From positions 128,001-192,000 of the forward strand of contig CALSNU010000001.1 of assembly GCA_943787795.1 (NCBI GenBank): a stretch of 64,000 bases of DNA. The letters run 5' to 3'. The stretch is from an uncultured bacterium (GTDB lineage: Bacteria > Planctomycetota > UBA1135 > GCA-002686595). Positions 1-11,839 of this stretch are shown piece by piece. Below the pieces are notes generated by a model, which saw nothing but the letters and a program-made list of their open reading frames with translations, had not been told where the DNA came from and searched no databases. Made by a program: the position numbers and the translations under genes. How positions within the stretch are numbered: the stretch's first letter is position 1; each line of letters opens with the position of its first letter.

Positions 1-450
1 CAGGCGAGTGGTGGCGCAGAGCACCGCGCCGCTGGTCCCCAGGGTCGCGAGGGCCTTGCCGGCGAGCCAGGGGCGGCGGACCTGGAAGGAGTCCCCGGCG
101 GCGCAGAACTCGATGCAGTCTGCGAAGGGGGAGACGTCCAGGTGGGCGGCGACCCGCGGGCTCAGGTCCTTCCCGCGGTAGGTGGAGGCCGCGAGGAAGC
201 CCTTGGCTCCCTCGGACTGGACCAACTCGGCGATGGCCGAGGCGACGGCGTCGGCGCTGTAGGCGCCGTCACCGGTGAGGCAGACGGCCTTGGCGGCGCC
301 GGCGGCGGTGGTGGCGGCGCCGGCGGCGCCCTCACCCCAGAGGATGGCGACGACCTCGGCGCCCGCGGCGGTGGCGGCGCCGATGGCTTCGAGGCTGGCC
401 CGGCGGACGGTGCCGCCGGTGTGCTCGCAGAAGACGATGACTTTGGACAT
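1..450 (-). CDS. etfA: Electron transfer flavoprotein alpha subunit, N-terminal part (runs off window edge)
   Basis: Minus-strand frame from ATG at 450 reads MSKVIVFCEHTGGTVRRASLEAIGAA...GKDLSPRVAAHLDVSPFADC, typical of the EtfA N-terminus. It lies directly downstream of etfB and is absent from the ORF track because it is truncated. Confidence 0.9.
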   Translation of the reverse strand, partial: MSKVIVFCEHTGGTVRRASLEAIGAATAAGAEVVAILWGEGAAGAATTAAGAAKAVCLTGDGAYSADAVASAIAELVQSEGAKGFLAASTYRGKDLSPRVAAHLDVSPFADCIEFCAAGDSFQVRRPWLAGKALATLGTSGAVLCATTRL

Positions 451-484
451 GGCTGGTTCTCCTTGGATCTCGTGGGTCAGCGTC

Positions 485-1240
485 TCAGAGGACTTTGGCT
501 TCGTTCTGGAGGGCTTCGATGAGCGCGGGGACGGCGTCCGCCCCTTCGCCGACGATGCGGCCTTCCTTGCGGGCGGGCGGCAGCGCGACCTCGACCACTT
601 CCGACTGGTTCTCGACGGCCTCGGGAGCGACCTCTTCGAGGGGCTTCTTCTTGGCGGCCATGATCCCCTTGAGCCCCGCGTAGCGCGGCTCGTTGAGGCC
701 CTTCTGGCAGGTGATGACGGCGGGGAGCGAGAACTCGACCGTCTCGACGCCGGCCTCGGTCTCCACCTTGGCGGTGCCCTTGCCGTCCCCGATCTCGAGG
801 TCGATCACGTCGGTCACGCAGGGCCACCCGAGGTAGGTGGCGACCATCGGTCCAACCGCGGCGTTGTCCCGATCCGTGGCGACTCGGCCCATGAAGACGA
901 GGTCCGCCTCCATGCTAGAGAGCTGGGCGACGAGGGCCTTGGCCGTCGAGCGCGCGTCGCGGCTCTGCCAGTTGTCGTCGGTCAGGACGACCGCCTTGTC
1001 GCCGCCCTTCGCGAGGCACTCGCGGATCTCCTTCGTCCCGTTGGCGGGGCCGAGGGTGAGGACGGTGACCTCGCCGGAGCCGGCAGCCTCCTTGGTCTGG
1101 ACGGCCTGCTCAACGGCGATCTCGTCGTAGAACGAGATCATGTACTGGAAGTCGGACGCGTCGAGGCCTTGGCCGTCGGCGGTCGGCTTGGCGACGGCCT
1201 CGGTTGAAGGGACGCGCTTCACGCAAGCGACGATGTTCAT
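485..1240 (-). CDS. etfB: Electron transfer flavoprotein beta subunit
   Basis: MNIVACVKRVP, YDEIAVEQA, GRVATDRDN and LNEPRYAGLKGIMAAKKKP are EtfB motifs; start taken at ATG 1240. Confidence 0.95.
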   Translation of the reverse strand: MNIVACVKRVPSTEAVAKPTADGQGLDASDFQYMISFYDEIAVEQAVQTKEAAGSGEVTVLTLGPANGTKEIRECLAKGGDKAVVLTDDNWQSRDARSTAKALVAQLSSMEADLVFMGRVATDRDNAAVGPMVATYLGWPCVTDVIDLEIGDGKGTAKVETEAGVETVEFSLPAVITCQKGLNEPRYAGLKGIMAAKKKPLEEVAPEAVENQSEVVEVALPPARKEGRIVGEGADAVPALIEALQNEAKVL

Positions 1241-1339
1241 GGATGGGCTGGGGAGGGGGCTCAGAGCAGGTTTTTCGGCAAGCAGAATAGCCGCCGCCAC
1301 CAGCCCATGGGACCCCAGAAACGCCCTTCCCGCGCGCGA

Positions 1340-2125
1340 CTAGTCGATGAGCTCCCGCTCCTCCTGCGCCGAGACCCCCTTGGGGGCGGTGGTCTCGAAG
1401 TTCTTGCCCAGGTAGACCTCGCGGACCCGCCGGTCGTTGATGAGCTCCGTTGCGGTCCCCTCCCTCAGGATCTGGCCCTGGTGGATGATGTAGGCCCTGT
1501 CGGTGCTCTGGAGGGTCTCACGGACGCTGTGGTCGGTGATCAGGATCCCGATGCCCTGGTCCCGGAGGCGGTGGATCAGGACCTGGATCTCCTCCACGTT
1601 GATGGGGTCCACCCCGGCGAAGGGCTCGTCCAGGAGGAGGATCGAAGGCCGGGTCGCCAGGGACCGCGCGAGCTCCAGGCGCCGGCGTTCACCCCCTGAG
1701 AGGGTGTCGGCGCCGCTCTTGGCCAGGTGACTCAGCTCGAGCTCGGAGAGCAGCCGCGCGGCCTCGGAGCGGCGCTCCTTGCGGCGAATGGGGAGGGCCT
1801 CGAGCACCGCCAGGACGTTGTCCTCGAGGGTCATCTGCCGGAAGACGCTCGACTCCTGGGGGAGGTAGCCCATGCCGAGCCGGGCCCGCTTGAACATGGG
1901 CAGGCGCGTGCAGTCCTTGCCGCCCAGCTGGACCGAACCCGCGTCAGGCTCGACGACGCCGACCGTCATCCTGAAGCTGGTCGTCTTGCCCGCTCCGTTC
2001 GGACCGAGCAGGCCGACGATCTCACCGGGCTCCACGTAGAAGCCCACGCCGTCCACAACCCTGCGGCCGCGATAGGCCTTGATCAGGCCCTCGACGTGGA
2101 GGGGAGGGTGGTCGGAAGTGGACAT
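1340..2125 (-). CDS. lptB: LPS export ABC transporter ATP-binding protein
   Basis: Walker [58 protein letters not shown]. Confidence 0.95.
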   Translation of the reverse strand: MSTSDHPPLHVEGLIKAYRGRRVVDGVGFYVEPGEIVGLLGPNGAGKTTSFRMTVGVVEPDAGSVQLGGKDCTRLPMFKRARLGMGYLPQESSVFRQMTLEDNVLAVLEALPIRRKERRSEAARLLSELELSHLAKSGADTLSGGERRRLELARSLATRPSILLLDEPFAGVDPINVEEIQVLIHRLRDQGIGILITDHSVRETLQSTDRAYIIHQGQILREGTATELINDRRVREVYLGKNFETTAPKGVSAQEERELID

Positions 2126-2249
2126 GGGTGCTCAAGCGGTGCGGCTGCGGGAACCCTCCGCGCCGATTCCACCAGGGATGGCCAGGATGCGGGGATGACC
2201 GGGGTGCGAGAACGACAGGGGTGCGGGGAGCGCTGGGAAGGATGCCGCC

Positions 2250-3782
2250 TCAGCGGACCCACTTCCAGCGGTAGACGTCCTGCTGTGGCGCGAGCGGCCA
2301 GACCACCGCGACGGCTCGACCACGGATGAGGGCCCGCGGCACGAGTGGAGCCTCCTTGTCGGCCAGGCGAGAGACCTCGCCCCGTTCAAAGACGTGCCGC
2401 TCTCCCAGGGAGTCTCGGAGCACGAGCTGCTCCCACTTCCGCTTCTTGGGGAAGTACATCGGATTGGAGTCGGGGCGCGGGCTCATGCTGTCCCGGAGGT
2501 TGCCGCTGATCGTCTCTCCGGCTCGCTCGCCCTCCTCGATCTTGAACTCGACCAGGGTCCAGTCGCGGCCGTCGGATGAGTCCTGGCTGTTGTCGCCGAG
2601 GACCACGTAGTTGCCCTCCGGGATGGACCACCGGCTGATCTTCTGGCGCGTCGGGTCGAAGGTGTAGTAGATGTCCCGCCAGACCTTCATGTCCTCGACG
2701 AGGGTTTGAGACCCCTCGGGAGCCTCGATGCGGAGGGTGACCTTGGAGCGCGCTCGGTCCGGGGCCGCGGGCACCTCGAGGCTGGCGACCTCCTCGCCGT
2801 CAATCCGCAGGGCGAGGCGATCGTTCAGGTTCTCCACCTCGACCTCGATGGTCTCACCGGCCAACAGCCGTACGGCCCCGTCGGTGACCCTGGCCTCGAG
2901 GAGCTCTTCGGGGTCGGCGAGGCTCAGATTCGTCGCCACGATCCGAGCTCGCTCGCCGGCCGGCGCGGTGGGGCCGGGGAGGAGGAACTTGAAGCGACGG
3001 CGGCCCTCGTGCAACTCGATGGCGACCTCGCGACAGGCCGAGTCGGCCTTGATCTCGCAGCGAGCCCGGAGGTCGGAGACGTCGTTGAAGTTGGATCCCT
3101 TCTTGCGGGTGTTGATGTCGTCCTTGATCCCTTCGGGGTAGCCGTCCACGTAGTTGTCGCGGATGGACTCGTAGGTCCGCGGGAAGGTCGCCTCACCGCG
3201 ACCGGTGGCGGTGAACTGATCGCCCGAGGACTCGGGAGTGATCTTCCAGCGCCCGGCGGTGCCGGTGGACATCTTCCACTCGCCCGCGGTGTCGAGCCGG
3301 CGAAGCTGGGCGTCCTGGATCGAGCGCGGGCGCCGCAGGATCTTGAACTCAGCCTCCCCGTCAGGGCGGATCCAGGGATCACCTCCGCGGATCTCCAGCT
3401 CCTCTCCGGGCATGCCGATGATGCGCTTGATGAAGTTCTTGGAGCTGTCGAGCGGGTAGTTGAAGACCGCGATCTCGAACCGGTCGGGGTCCCGGAAGTG
3501 GTAGGAGAACTTGTCGACGATGACGCGATCGTAGATCCCCGTCTCCGAGTTCCCCATCAGGGTCGGCTGCATGGATCCCGTCGGGATCTTGTAGGCCTCG
3601 ACGACGAAGTACTTGAAGAGGACGATGGTCGCGATCGCGACCGCCACGGCCTCGATGTTGTCCCGCCACGGGCGGCTCTTCTCCAGCTTCTTTCGCTCGG
3701 CGGAGCTCATCTTCGCCATCGCTCCCGTGGGGGGGGCGGAGGAGACGGAGGGCCGGTCTTGGGTCGGGTCGAGTTCGGGCAC
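2250..3782 (-). CDS. lepB: Signal peptidase I with large internal insertion
   Basis: TM segment then YKIPTGSMQPTL (Ser), NFIKRIIGMPGE (Lys) and LGDNSQDSSDGR (box E). Start at GTG 3782 (TATTCT 7 nt upstream) or ATG 3719. Confidence 0.9.
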   Translation of the reverse strand: MPELDPTQDRPSVSSAPPTGAMAKMSSAERKKLEKSRPWRDNIEAVAVAIATIVLFKYFVVEAYKIPTGSMQPTLMGNSETGIYDRVIVDKFSYHFRDPDRFEIAVFNYPLDSSKNFIKRIIGMPGEELEIRGGDPWIRPDGEAEFKILRRPRSIQDAQLRRLDTAGEWKMSTGTAGRWKITPESSGDQFTATGRGEATFPRTYESIRDNYVDGYPEGIKDDINTRKKGSNFNDVSDLRARCEIKADSACREVAIELHEGRRRFKFLLPGPTAPAGERARIVATNLSLADPEELLEARVTDGAVRLLAGETIEVEVENLNDRLALRIDGEEVASLEVPAAPDRARSKVTLRIEAPEGSQTLVEDMKVWRDIYYTFDPTRQKISRWSIPEGNYVVLGDNSQDSSDGRDWTLVEFKIEEGERAGETISGNLRDSMSPRPDSNPMYFPKKRKWEQLVLRDSLGERHVFERGEVSRLADKEAPLVPRALIRGRAVAVVWPLAPQQDVYRWKWVR

Positions 3783-3937
3783 GCCGGAGAGAATAGCCGA
3801 GGAGGGTGCGCAGTGCCCGGCTGCCGGCGGATCCTGGTGGGGGTCGGAGGGCGCTTGGCGGGGCCGCGGAGCCCTCGACCTCATCGTCCGGGTGGCTCGG
3901 CTGGATTCGGGGGGAGCCTCTTCGGCACGATGGGGCG

Positions 3938-4258
3938 ATGTTCGAATTCCACGAAGCCGAGGAGCTGCTGCGGACGGCGACGCCGCCCAGGACCGGGTCC
4001 ACCAGCTGGTACGACGCTTGCGACCTGGTGGCCACGGAGATCAAGAGGCGGCTGCGGGAGCGATTCGACCGAGGGTTCCCGGTCGACGTCTACGGCGATG
4101 AGGTGGGGCTCATCGTGCGGGTCCGGGGAGACGGGTACGGGGTCACGCCCTGGAGCGTTGACGTCCCCTTCGACCCCGCCCAGCCCCTGGCTCCTCAGAC
4201 AGCGGCGCTCGTGGAGCAGGTGGACCGGGAGGTCACCGCGGCGTACGTGGTGGACTGA
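3938..4258 (+). CDS. Hypothetical protein (106 aa)
   Basis: Protein-like composition with GC3-biased codons (MFEFHEAEELL...); fills the gap between lepB and the M64 gene. Confidence 0.65.
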   Translation: MFEFHEAEELLRTATPPRTGSTSWYDACDLVATEIKRRLRERFDRGFPVDVYGDEVGLIVRVRGDGYGVTPWSVDVPFDPAQPLAPQTAALVEQVDREVTAAYVVD

Positions 4259-4340
4259 AGGGCCGGGAGCGCAGAACCTTGAAACCGAGCTTGGCGGCAG
4301 CGTGGAGGCGAGCCCGGCGTGCAGGGTCTATCCTCGGGCC

Positions 4341-5750
4341 ATGAAGGCTCTGCTCGCTCTGCCCCTGATCCTGCTCTTCCCCGAGGTCTCCCCGCGTGCG
4401 CCGGTCGGTCCCGACGGGGAGGCTGCGGCGCTGCTGGAGAAGGCCGAGGGACGTGCCTCGGCCGGCAAGTACCGAGAGGCCCAGCGACTCTATCGGAAGC
4501 TCGCGGAGGACTTCTCGGGGACCCCAGAGGGCCGGATCGGGGAGCGCCGCGCGAGGCCCAGCGCGTTCCTCGGCGCCGCCGATATCGTCCGGCACGGAGA
4601 CTCAAGCAACCGGGTGGACGTGGTCCTGATGGGGGAGGGCTACCAGCTCAAGGAGATGAAGGCCTTCGCCAAGCTGGCCGACGACCTGCCGGACTACTTC
4701 CGGCGGAACCGGACCCTCGGCGAGTACTTCAGCTACTTCAACTTCATCCGCGCGGACCTCGTCAGCGCAGATAACGGCGTCGACGGCTTCGGGCGAGAGT
4801 ATGACACCGCCCTCGGGGGTCACATCCTCGGGACCTACGCCGGGCACGTGAGCGTCAATGGTGGTGAGGTGCGGAAGATGCTGGACGAGCTGCCCGCCCA
4901 CGACGGCCAGGCGATCGTCTTCGCCAAGCTCGGCGTGCTGGGCTCGGGCGGCGGTGGGATCGCCACCATCGGCGGCCGCAACATGAAGACCACGCTCCAC
5001 GAGTTCGGTCACTCCTTCGGGCGCCTGTCGGATGAGTACAGCAGCGAGACCCACAAGCGCGGGGCCACCAAGGCAAACGTCAACGTCACCGATAGCCCGG
5101 ACCCGGACCTGGCCCCGTGGAAGCACTTCATTGATGCCAAGGTCCCCGGCGTGGACATGTACCAGGGGGCTGACGGCCGCGCGCGCGGGGCGTGGAGGCC
5201 GACCGCGAACGGCTGCATCATGGGCGCCGGCGAGTTCTACTGCCCCGTCTGCCGCGAGCAGCTGGTCAAGCTGATCTACTCGATGGTCGACCCCATCGAC
5301 CGGGCGCATCCTGCTCCCCATCGATCCCGGTCGAGGGACGAGCACGTGGTGGAGGGCAAGGAGCTGGTCCTCGAGGTGACCGCCATGCAGCCGGCCAGCC
5401 ACACGCTGCAGGTCGAGTGGTGGGTGTTCCCCGAGGCCGATGCGCCCGGATCTCTGGTCAGCGACGGCCCCCATGCCGCGAGGGCCAAGGGCGGCCGCAG
5501 GTCGACGCGGAACCCGGTCGAGCTCGCGCCCATCGACGCCAAGCCCGCCCAGAAGAGCAAGGGGAAGCGCGACGGGGAGCACGACTTCCGCTTCAAGCGG
5601 AGCGCCTTTCCGCCCGGCCGCTACCGGGTGATCTGCCGGGTGACCGACCCGACCAAGCTGCGCGGCGACCGGCACCCCTGGGTGCTCAAGGACGACCGAG
5701 GCCTCCTCCAGAGCGAGGTCGGTTGGTGGGTCAGGGTCCCGGCGGAGTGA
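4341..5750 (+). CDS. Secreted M64-family (IgA peptidase-like) metallopeptidase with N-terminal TPR-like helices
   Basis: Signal peptide MKALLALPLILLF, NRVDVVLMGEGY, zinc motif HEFGHSFGRLSDEY and CIM...YCPVC. The real start is ATG 4341, inside the 1014-aa ORF. Confidence 0.85.
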   Translation: MKALLALPLILLFPEVSPRAPVGPDGEAAALLEKAEGRASAGKYREAQRLYRKLAEDFSGTPEGRIGERRARPSAFLGAADIVRHGDSSNRVDVVLMGEGYQLKEMKAFAKLADDLPDYFRRNRTLGEYFSYFNFIRADLVSADNGVDGFGREYDTALGGHILGTYAGHVSVNGGEVRKMLDELPAHDGQAIVFAKLGVLGSGGGGIATIGGRNMKTTLHEFGHSFGRLSDEYSSETHKRGATKANVNVTDSPDPDLAPWKHFIDAKVPGVDMYQGADGRARGAWRPTANGCIMGAGEFYCPVCREQLVKLIYSMVDPIDRAHPAPHRSRSRDEHVVEGKELVLEVTAMQPASHTLQVEWWVFPEADAPGSLVSDGPHAARAKGGRRSTRNPVELAPIDAKPAQKSKGKRDGEHDFRFKRSAFPPGRYRVICRVTDPTKLRGDRHPWVLKDDRGLLQSEVGWWVRVPAE

Positions 5751-5801
5751 ACGCGCCGGGTCGCCCCGCCGCCCCGCTCCCCTCTCGACCTTCGGGTCAG
5801 A

Positions 5802-5891
5802 TCACTCTGACCCGAGGGCTCACTCTGACCCGAGGGCTCACTCTGACCCGAGGGCTCACTCTGACCCGAGGGCTCACTCTGACCCGAGGAC

Positions 5892-5909
<18 letters not shown>
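5802..5909. repeat. 18-bp tandem repeat x6 (TCACTCTGACCCGAGG[G/A]C); the last unit is the 3' end of lepA
   Basis: Units start at 5802, 5820, 5838, 5856, 5874 and 5892, with no spacers. Confidence 0.97.
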
Positions 5910-7685
<1,776 letters not shown>

Positions 7686-7710
7686 TCGTCTGAGACGCGG
7701 CGCGCCGGGG

Positions 7711-8331
7711 TCAGCTGTCCTTGAGAATTCGGGAGAGCGCGGGTTCGAGCTCCTTGAGTGCTCGGCCACGGTGACTCACCGAGGCCTTCTCATCGCCCGA
7801 GAGGGTCGCGAACACCAGCCCTGTGACCGGGAACCCTTCCTCGGAGAACTCGAAGAGCGGATCGTATCCGAATCCGCCCTCTCCCTGCGCCTCGCGCAGG
7901 ATCCTCCCGTGCGTGCGACCGATGGTCTCGTGCGCGATCTCGCCCGTGTGGGGGTGAGCCAGCGCCAAGGCGCAAACGAAGGCCGCGCCGCGGTCCTCGT
8001 CTGAGACCTCAGCCAGCTCGAGCAGTAGCTTGGCGTTGTTGCCTTGATCGTCGCCGTGGGTGCCGGCGTAGCGCGCCGAGTAGACGCCGGGGGCGCCGCC
8101 GAGGGCGTCAACCTCGAGTCCTGAGTCGTCGGCGAGCGTCCAGAGGCCTGAGTGCTGGGCGCCCTCCCGGGCCTTCTTCGCGGCGTTGGCGGCGAACGTC
8201 ACCCCGTCCTCGACGCACTCGGGGAGCCCACCGATGTCCGCAGGCTGGACCACCTCGACCCCCAGGGGGGCGGTGATCCGCTGCAGCTCGATGAGCTTCT
8301 TGCGGTTGCCGGAGGCGAGGAGGAGCTTCAT
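7711..8331 (-). CDS. rdgB: Non-canonical purine NTP pyrophosphatase (Ham1/RdgB)
   Basis: LASGNRKK, ADDSGLEVDALGGAPGVYSARYAG, GFGYDPLF and SHRGRA; adjacent to rph. Confidence 0.95.
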   Translation of the reverse strand: MKLLLASGNRKKLIELQRITAPLGVEVVQPADIGGLPECVEDGVTFAANAAKKAREGAQHSGLWTLADDSGLEVDALGGAPGVYSARYAGTHGDDQGNNAKLLLELAEVSDEDRGAAFVCALALAHPHTGEIAHETIGRTHGRILREAQGEGGFGYDPLFEFSEEGFPVTGLVFATLSGDEKASVSHRGRALKELEPALSRILKDS

Positions 8332-8332
8332 T

Positions 8333-9049
8333 TCAGCCCTTCAGCGCCTCGTTCTGGAGCTCGAAGATCCGTCGAATCCCGGCTTCGCCGAGGTCGATGA
8401 GCTGGTTCAGCTCGGCGCGGTCGAAGGGCGCCCCCTCGGCGGCGCCCTGGACCTCGACGAACTTTCCGTCGCCGGTCATGACGAGGTTCATGTCGCTCTC
8501 GGCCTTGCTGTCTTCCTTGTAGCAGAGGTCCGCCATGGGGGTGCCGCGCACCACCCCGACCGAGACGGCGCCGAGCTGTGAGACCAGCGGCCAGCTCCTG
8601 AGCTTGCGCTGCTCGTCCAGGCGCGTCAGGGCGTCGTGCAGGGCGACGTAGGCGCCGCTGATGGCGGCGGTGCGGGTGCCCCCGTCGGCCTGGAGCACGT
8701 CACAGTCCACCCAGATCGTCCGCTCGGTGAGCGCCTTGAGGTCGACCACGGCGCGCAGGGCGCGGCCGATCAGCCGCTGGATCTCCACGGAGCGGCCATC
8801 CACGCGAGCGCCCTTGTCCCGGGCCTTGCGGTCGTGGGTCGAGCTGGGCAGCATCGAGTACTCGGCCGTGACCCAGCCGCCGCCTTTGCCCTTGAGGAAG
8901 TGCGGCACGCTCTCCTGGACGAAGGCTGTGCAGAGCACGCGCGTCTCACCGAAGCAGGTGAGGACAGAGCCCTGGGCGTGGTTGGTGAAGCCCCGCTCGA
9001 AGGTGATCGGGCGGAGCTGCTCGGGGGTGCGACCGTCGCTGCGCTGCAT
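8333..9049 (-). CDS. rph: Ribonuclease PH
   Basis: [60 protein letters not shown]. Confidence 0.97.
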   Translation of the reverse strand: MQRSDGRTPEQLRPITFERGFTNHAQGSVLTCFGETRVLCTAFVQESVPHFLKGKGGGWVTAEYSMLPSSTHDRKARDKGARVDGRSVEIQRLIGRALRAVVDLKALTERTIWVDCDVLQADGGTRTAAISGAYVALHDALTRLDEQRKLRSWPLVSQLGAVSVGVVRGTPMADLCYKEDSKAESDMNLVMTGDGKFVEVQGAAEGAPFDRAELNQLIDLGEAGIRRIFELQNEALKG

Positions 9050-9256
9050 GGGAGTCGAGGGTGATGGAGGAGGGGGAGGCCTCGAATTGAGGGCGAGGAG
9101 TGTAGTGGAGGTCGCCCGGGCGAGGGGGCGTGAAGGCCAACCAACCCCCTCTGCTGGACCGGTGACGGAGGTCAGGAGGCGTGACCGTGGGGGCCCAGGG
9201 GCTGGCGCCGCAGGTCCGCAGCTGGGGGCGGGACCCACACCTCTGGCTCCACTCTT

Positions 9257-9328
9257 TCAATGCCGGGCTCAATGCCGGGCCCAGGGCCGGGCCCAGGGTC
9301 AGGCTCAGGGTCAGGCTCAGGGCGCGGG
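9257..9328. repeat. Degenerate 12-bp tandem repeat x6 starting at the birA stop codon
   Basis: tcaatgccgggc x2, ccagggccgggc, ccagggtcaggc, tcagggtcaggc, tcagggcgcggg. Confidence 0.85.
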
Positions 9329-10066
9329 CCGGACGCCGCGCACGTGGGCAACCGGGAGGTGCCGCGCCCGGCCGGAATCCTCGACCCGCAGGCCGAGGAA
9401 GGGGTCGAGACCGGTCCAGGTCCCCACGACCTGTTGTTCGGCCCCGTCCACCTCGACTCGCGCGCCGGCCAGCGCGCAGCGATCGAAGAAGTCCGAGTAG
9501 AGCCCTCCAGCATCCTCCTCGATCTCCTGGCTCCGCTGCTGTAGCGCGGCGATGAGTCTCGCCTCGATCGAGGCGAGGTCGAGGTCCGGGGCGAGGTCCC
9601 CGAGCGAGGCGACAGCCCGTTCGGCCCGCAGGGTCCTGGAGGGACCTGCCCCGGTCACGTTGAGCCCGATGCCGAGGACGAACGTCGCGGGTCCATCGGC
9701 GCGGAGCCCCCTGGACTCCGCCAGGACGCCGGCGATCTTGGCACCCTCGAGCGTGATGACGTCGTTGGGCCACTTGATGACGGCCTCGGCTCCCGCCGAG
9801 GTCACCACGTCATGGACCGCGAGCGCGCCCGCGCAGGTCCACGCCCCTGGGGGCGGCATGGCGTCGGAGCGCAGCACGACGCTCAGGTAGAGGCCGCCCA
9901 CTCCGCTCTCCCAGGTGCGGCCCCGTGTCCCGCGTCCTGCAGACTGTGCCGCGGCGACGAAGGTGTCTCCGTGACGAGCCTCGCCGGCCTCGTGGGCAGC
10001 GAACGCGAGGTCATTCGTGGAGGGGACAACCTCGTGTTGGAACCGTCTCCAGGGGAGGGGGGCCAT
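9317..10066 (-). CDS. birA: Biotin--[acetyl-CoA carboxylase] ligase (no N-terminal HTH)
   Basis: STND, QSAGRGTRGRTW, IKWPNDV, KIAGVLAE, LGIGLNV. Confidence 0.92.
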   Translation of the reverse strand: MAPLPWRRFQHEVVPSTNDLAFAAHEAGEARHGDTFVAAAQSAGRGTRGRTWESGVGGLYLSVVLRSDAMPPPGAWTCAGALAVHDVVTSAGAEAVIKWPNDVITLEGAKIAGVLAESRGLRADGPATFVLGIGLNVTGAGPSRTLRAERAVASLGDLAPDLDLASIEARLIAALQQRSQEIEEDAGGLYSDFFDRCALAGARVEVDGAEQQVVGTWTGLDPFLGLRVEDSGRARHLPVAHVRGVRPAP

Positions 10067-10078
10067 GGGAGAGGGCGC

Positions 10079-11752
10079 TTACTTCGAGCCCTCGGCCGGG
10101 GGCCAGAGCTCGGCGGCCAGGGCGATGGGGATGCCGTAGCCGATGGTGTAGACCGCCGTCTGGTCAGGGAGCGCCTGGACGCTGACCACAATCCCGACGA
10201 CGCGGCCCGCGGTGTCGGTGATCGGGCCGCCGCTGTTCCCGGGGTGAACGCCGGCGTCCACCTGGATCTGGTCCCCGACCTTCCTCGAGAGGATCCCGCG
10301 GAAGATGGAGGAGATGACGGTCTCGCCCTCTTGGACCGCCAGGAACCCGAGCGGGAAGCCCAGGAGGAAGATGTCGCTCCCGGGCAGGGGGAGCTCGACG
10401 TCCGTGGAGAAGCCCTCGAGCACCGGCATCCCCTCGAAGGGCTCGATCTTCAGCAGCGCCAGGTCCACGCCCTTGCGGCTCCTGGAGTGAACCACGGCGT
10501 CGTGCCGGGTGGACTCGTCCGAGAACACCACCGTGACCTCCACGATCTGCTCAAGCAGGGGCGTGCTGCGGATCGCGCGCAGGAGCTCGTTGTCCGGCGG
10601 CCCCACCACGTGGGCGTTGGTGAAGATCCAACCGTCAGCGTCGATGCAGAAGCCAGAGCCAGTGGAATCCAGCACGAACTCGCTGCCGCGCCCCTCGAAG
10701 TTGGGCTGGGCGGAGGGGCCTTCCCCATCGAGGAACAGCATCGCACCGGTCTCGACGTTGCGGATCCGCACCTCGTTCTCGATCAAGACCACCGTGCGCC
10801 GGACGTCAGCGACACCGCTCACGCGGGCCTGCGCGAGGTTGACGGGGTCGAGCAGGTCGACCTTCTGTCGCGCGTCTCGCAGCTCGCTGCGCGTGGTGTC
10901 GAGGTCGGCCCGGGCCACCTCGAGGTCGCGGACCACTCGGTCGAGGACGCCGTCGTCTCCCCCGGTCCTCTCCAGCTCGACCACCCGGTCCCGCAGTCGC
11001 GCCTCCTCGGCGGCGCGCGCCTTGACCGACGACTCCAGCGTCTCGGCCCGCTGGATCAGGTCGCCCTCGAGGGAGCGCAGGGTGGCGAGGCGGGACTCGG
11101 AGCGGTCAAGTTCATCCTGGGCGCGGTCTCGCTCGCGCAGGTCGAGGGCCGCGATCTCAGCGTACGCCTCGGCCAGCCGCTGCTCGTAGGTGAGAGATCG
11201 AGCGTCGAGCTCTTCCTTCATCTCGCTCGCGCTCTGGCGCGAGTCCCATGCGAGCCACGAGGCTGCGCCGAGCAGCAGGACCCCGAGGACCGCCAGCCGC
11301 AGCCGGCTGCCGCGTCGGCCGCGCTGGACGATGGCTTCGACCTCGCCCGTGTTGGGGCGCAGCTCCTCGCGGCGGACGAAGACCGTGTCGTTGAGGTCTC
11401 GGCTGCCGACCACCAGGAGCTTTGGACCGACACTGCCGAGCCGGACTACGTCGCCGACCACCAGCTCAACGGGGCCCTCGATCGGGTGACCGTTGACCAG
11501 GGTGCCGTTGCTGGAGCCCAGGTCCAGGACCGAGAGCACGCTCCCCCGGCGCTCGAAGCGGCAGTGATGGGCCGACACCGAGGGGTAGCGGCCGTCCACG
11601 AGCGCGATGTCATTGTCCTCGGCCCGGCCGGCGGTGAGGCCAGCATCTGCCTCTCCGGCTCGATCCGGACGCAGGTCCATGGGGGCGGGGAAGCCGACCA
11701 CGTCCACGGGCTTGAGGCGCAGGGCGCCAGCGGGTGCGAAGGGGTCCTTCAT
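10079..11752 (-). CDS. FHA domain - TM - coiled coil - trypsin-like serine protease
   Basis: FHA motifs AGRAEDND, VSAHH and DLGSSNGTLVNG; TM LAVLGVLLLGAASWLAW; catalytic triad TNAHVV, DLALL, GNSGGP. Confidence 0.88.
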   Translation of the reverse strand: MKDPFAPAGALRLKPVDVVGFPAPMDLRPDRAGEADAGLTAGRAEDNDIALVDGRYPSVSAHHCRFERRGSVLSVLDLGSSNGTLVNGHPIEGPVELVVGDVVRLGSVGPKLLVVGSRDLNDTVFVRREELRPNTGEVEAIVQRGRRGSRLRLAVLGVLLLGAASWLAWDSRQSASEMKEELDARSLTYEQRLAEAYAEIAALDLRERDRAQDELDRSESRLATLRSLEGDLIQRAETLESSVKARAAEEARLRDRVVELERTGGDDGVLDRVVRDLEVARADLDTTRSELRDARQKVDLLDPVNLAQARVSGVADVRRTVVLIENEVRIRNVETGAMLFLDGEGPSAQPNFEGRGSEFVLDSTGSGFCIDADGWIFTNAHVVGPPDNELLRAIRSTPLLEQIVEVTVVFSDESTRHDAVVHSRSRKGVDLALLKIEPFEGMPVLEGFSTDVELPLPGSDIFLLGFPLGFLAVQEGETVISSIFRGILSRKVGDQIQVDAGVHPGNSGGPITDTAGRVVGIVVSVQALPDQTAVYTIGYGIPIALAAELWPPAEGSK

Positions 11753-11839
11753 CGACCCGCAGAGCTTGCCGAGTCCTCCAGCGACGCGCGATACACTCAC
11801 CCCGTTCTCTTATCCAAGACTCTCCCTCGCCCCCGAGCC

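Noticed and set aside
2706..4340. N-terminal extension of the 1014-aa ORF
   Set aside because: It is the antisense shadow of lepB; the M64 peptidase starts at 4341.
9812..11839. N-terminal 676 aa of the 1642-aa ORF
   Set aside because: It is the antisense shadow of the FHA-protease and birA; the real M14 gene starts at ATG 11840 with a signal peptide.
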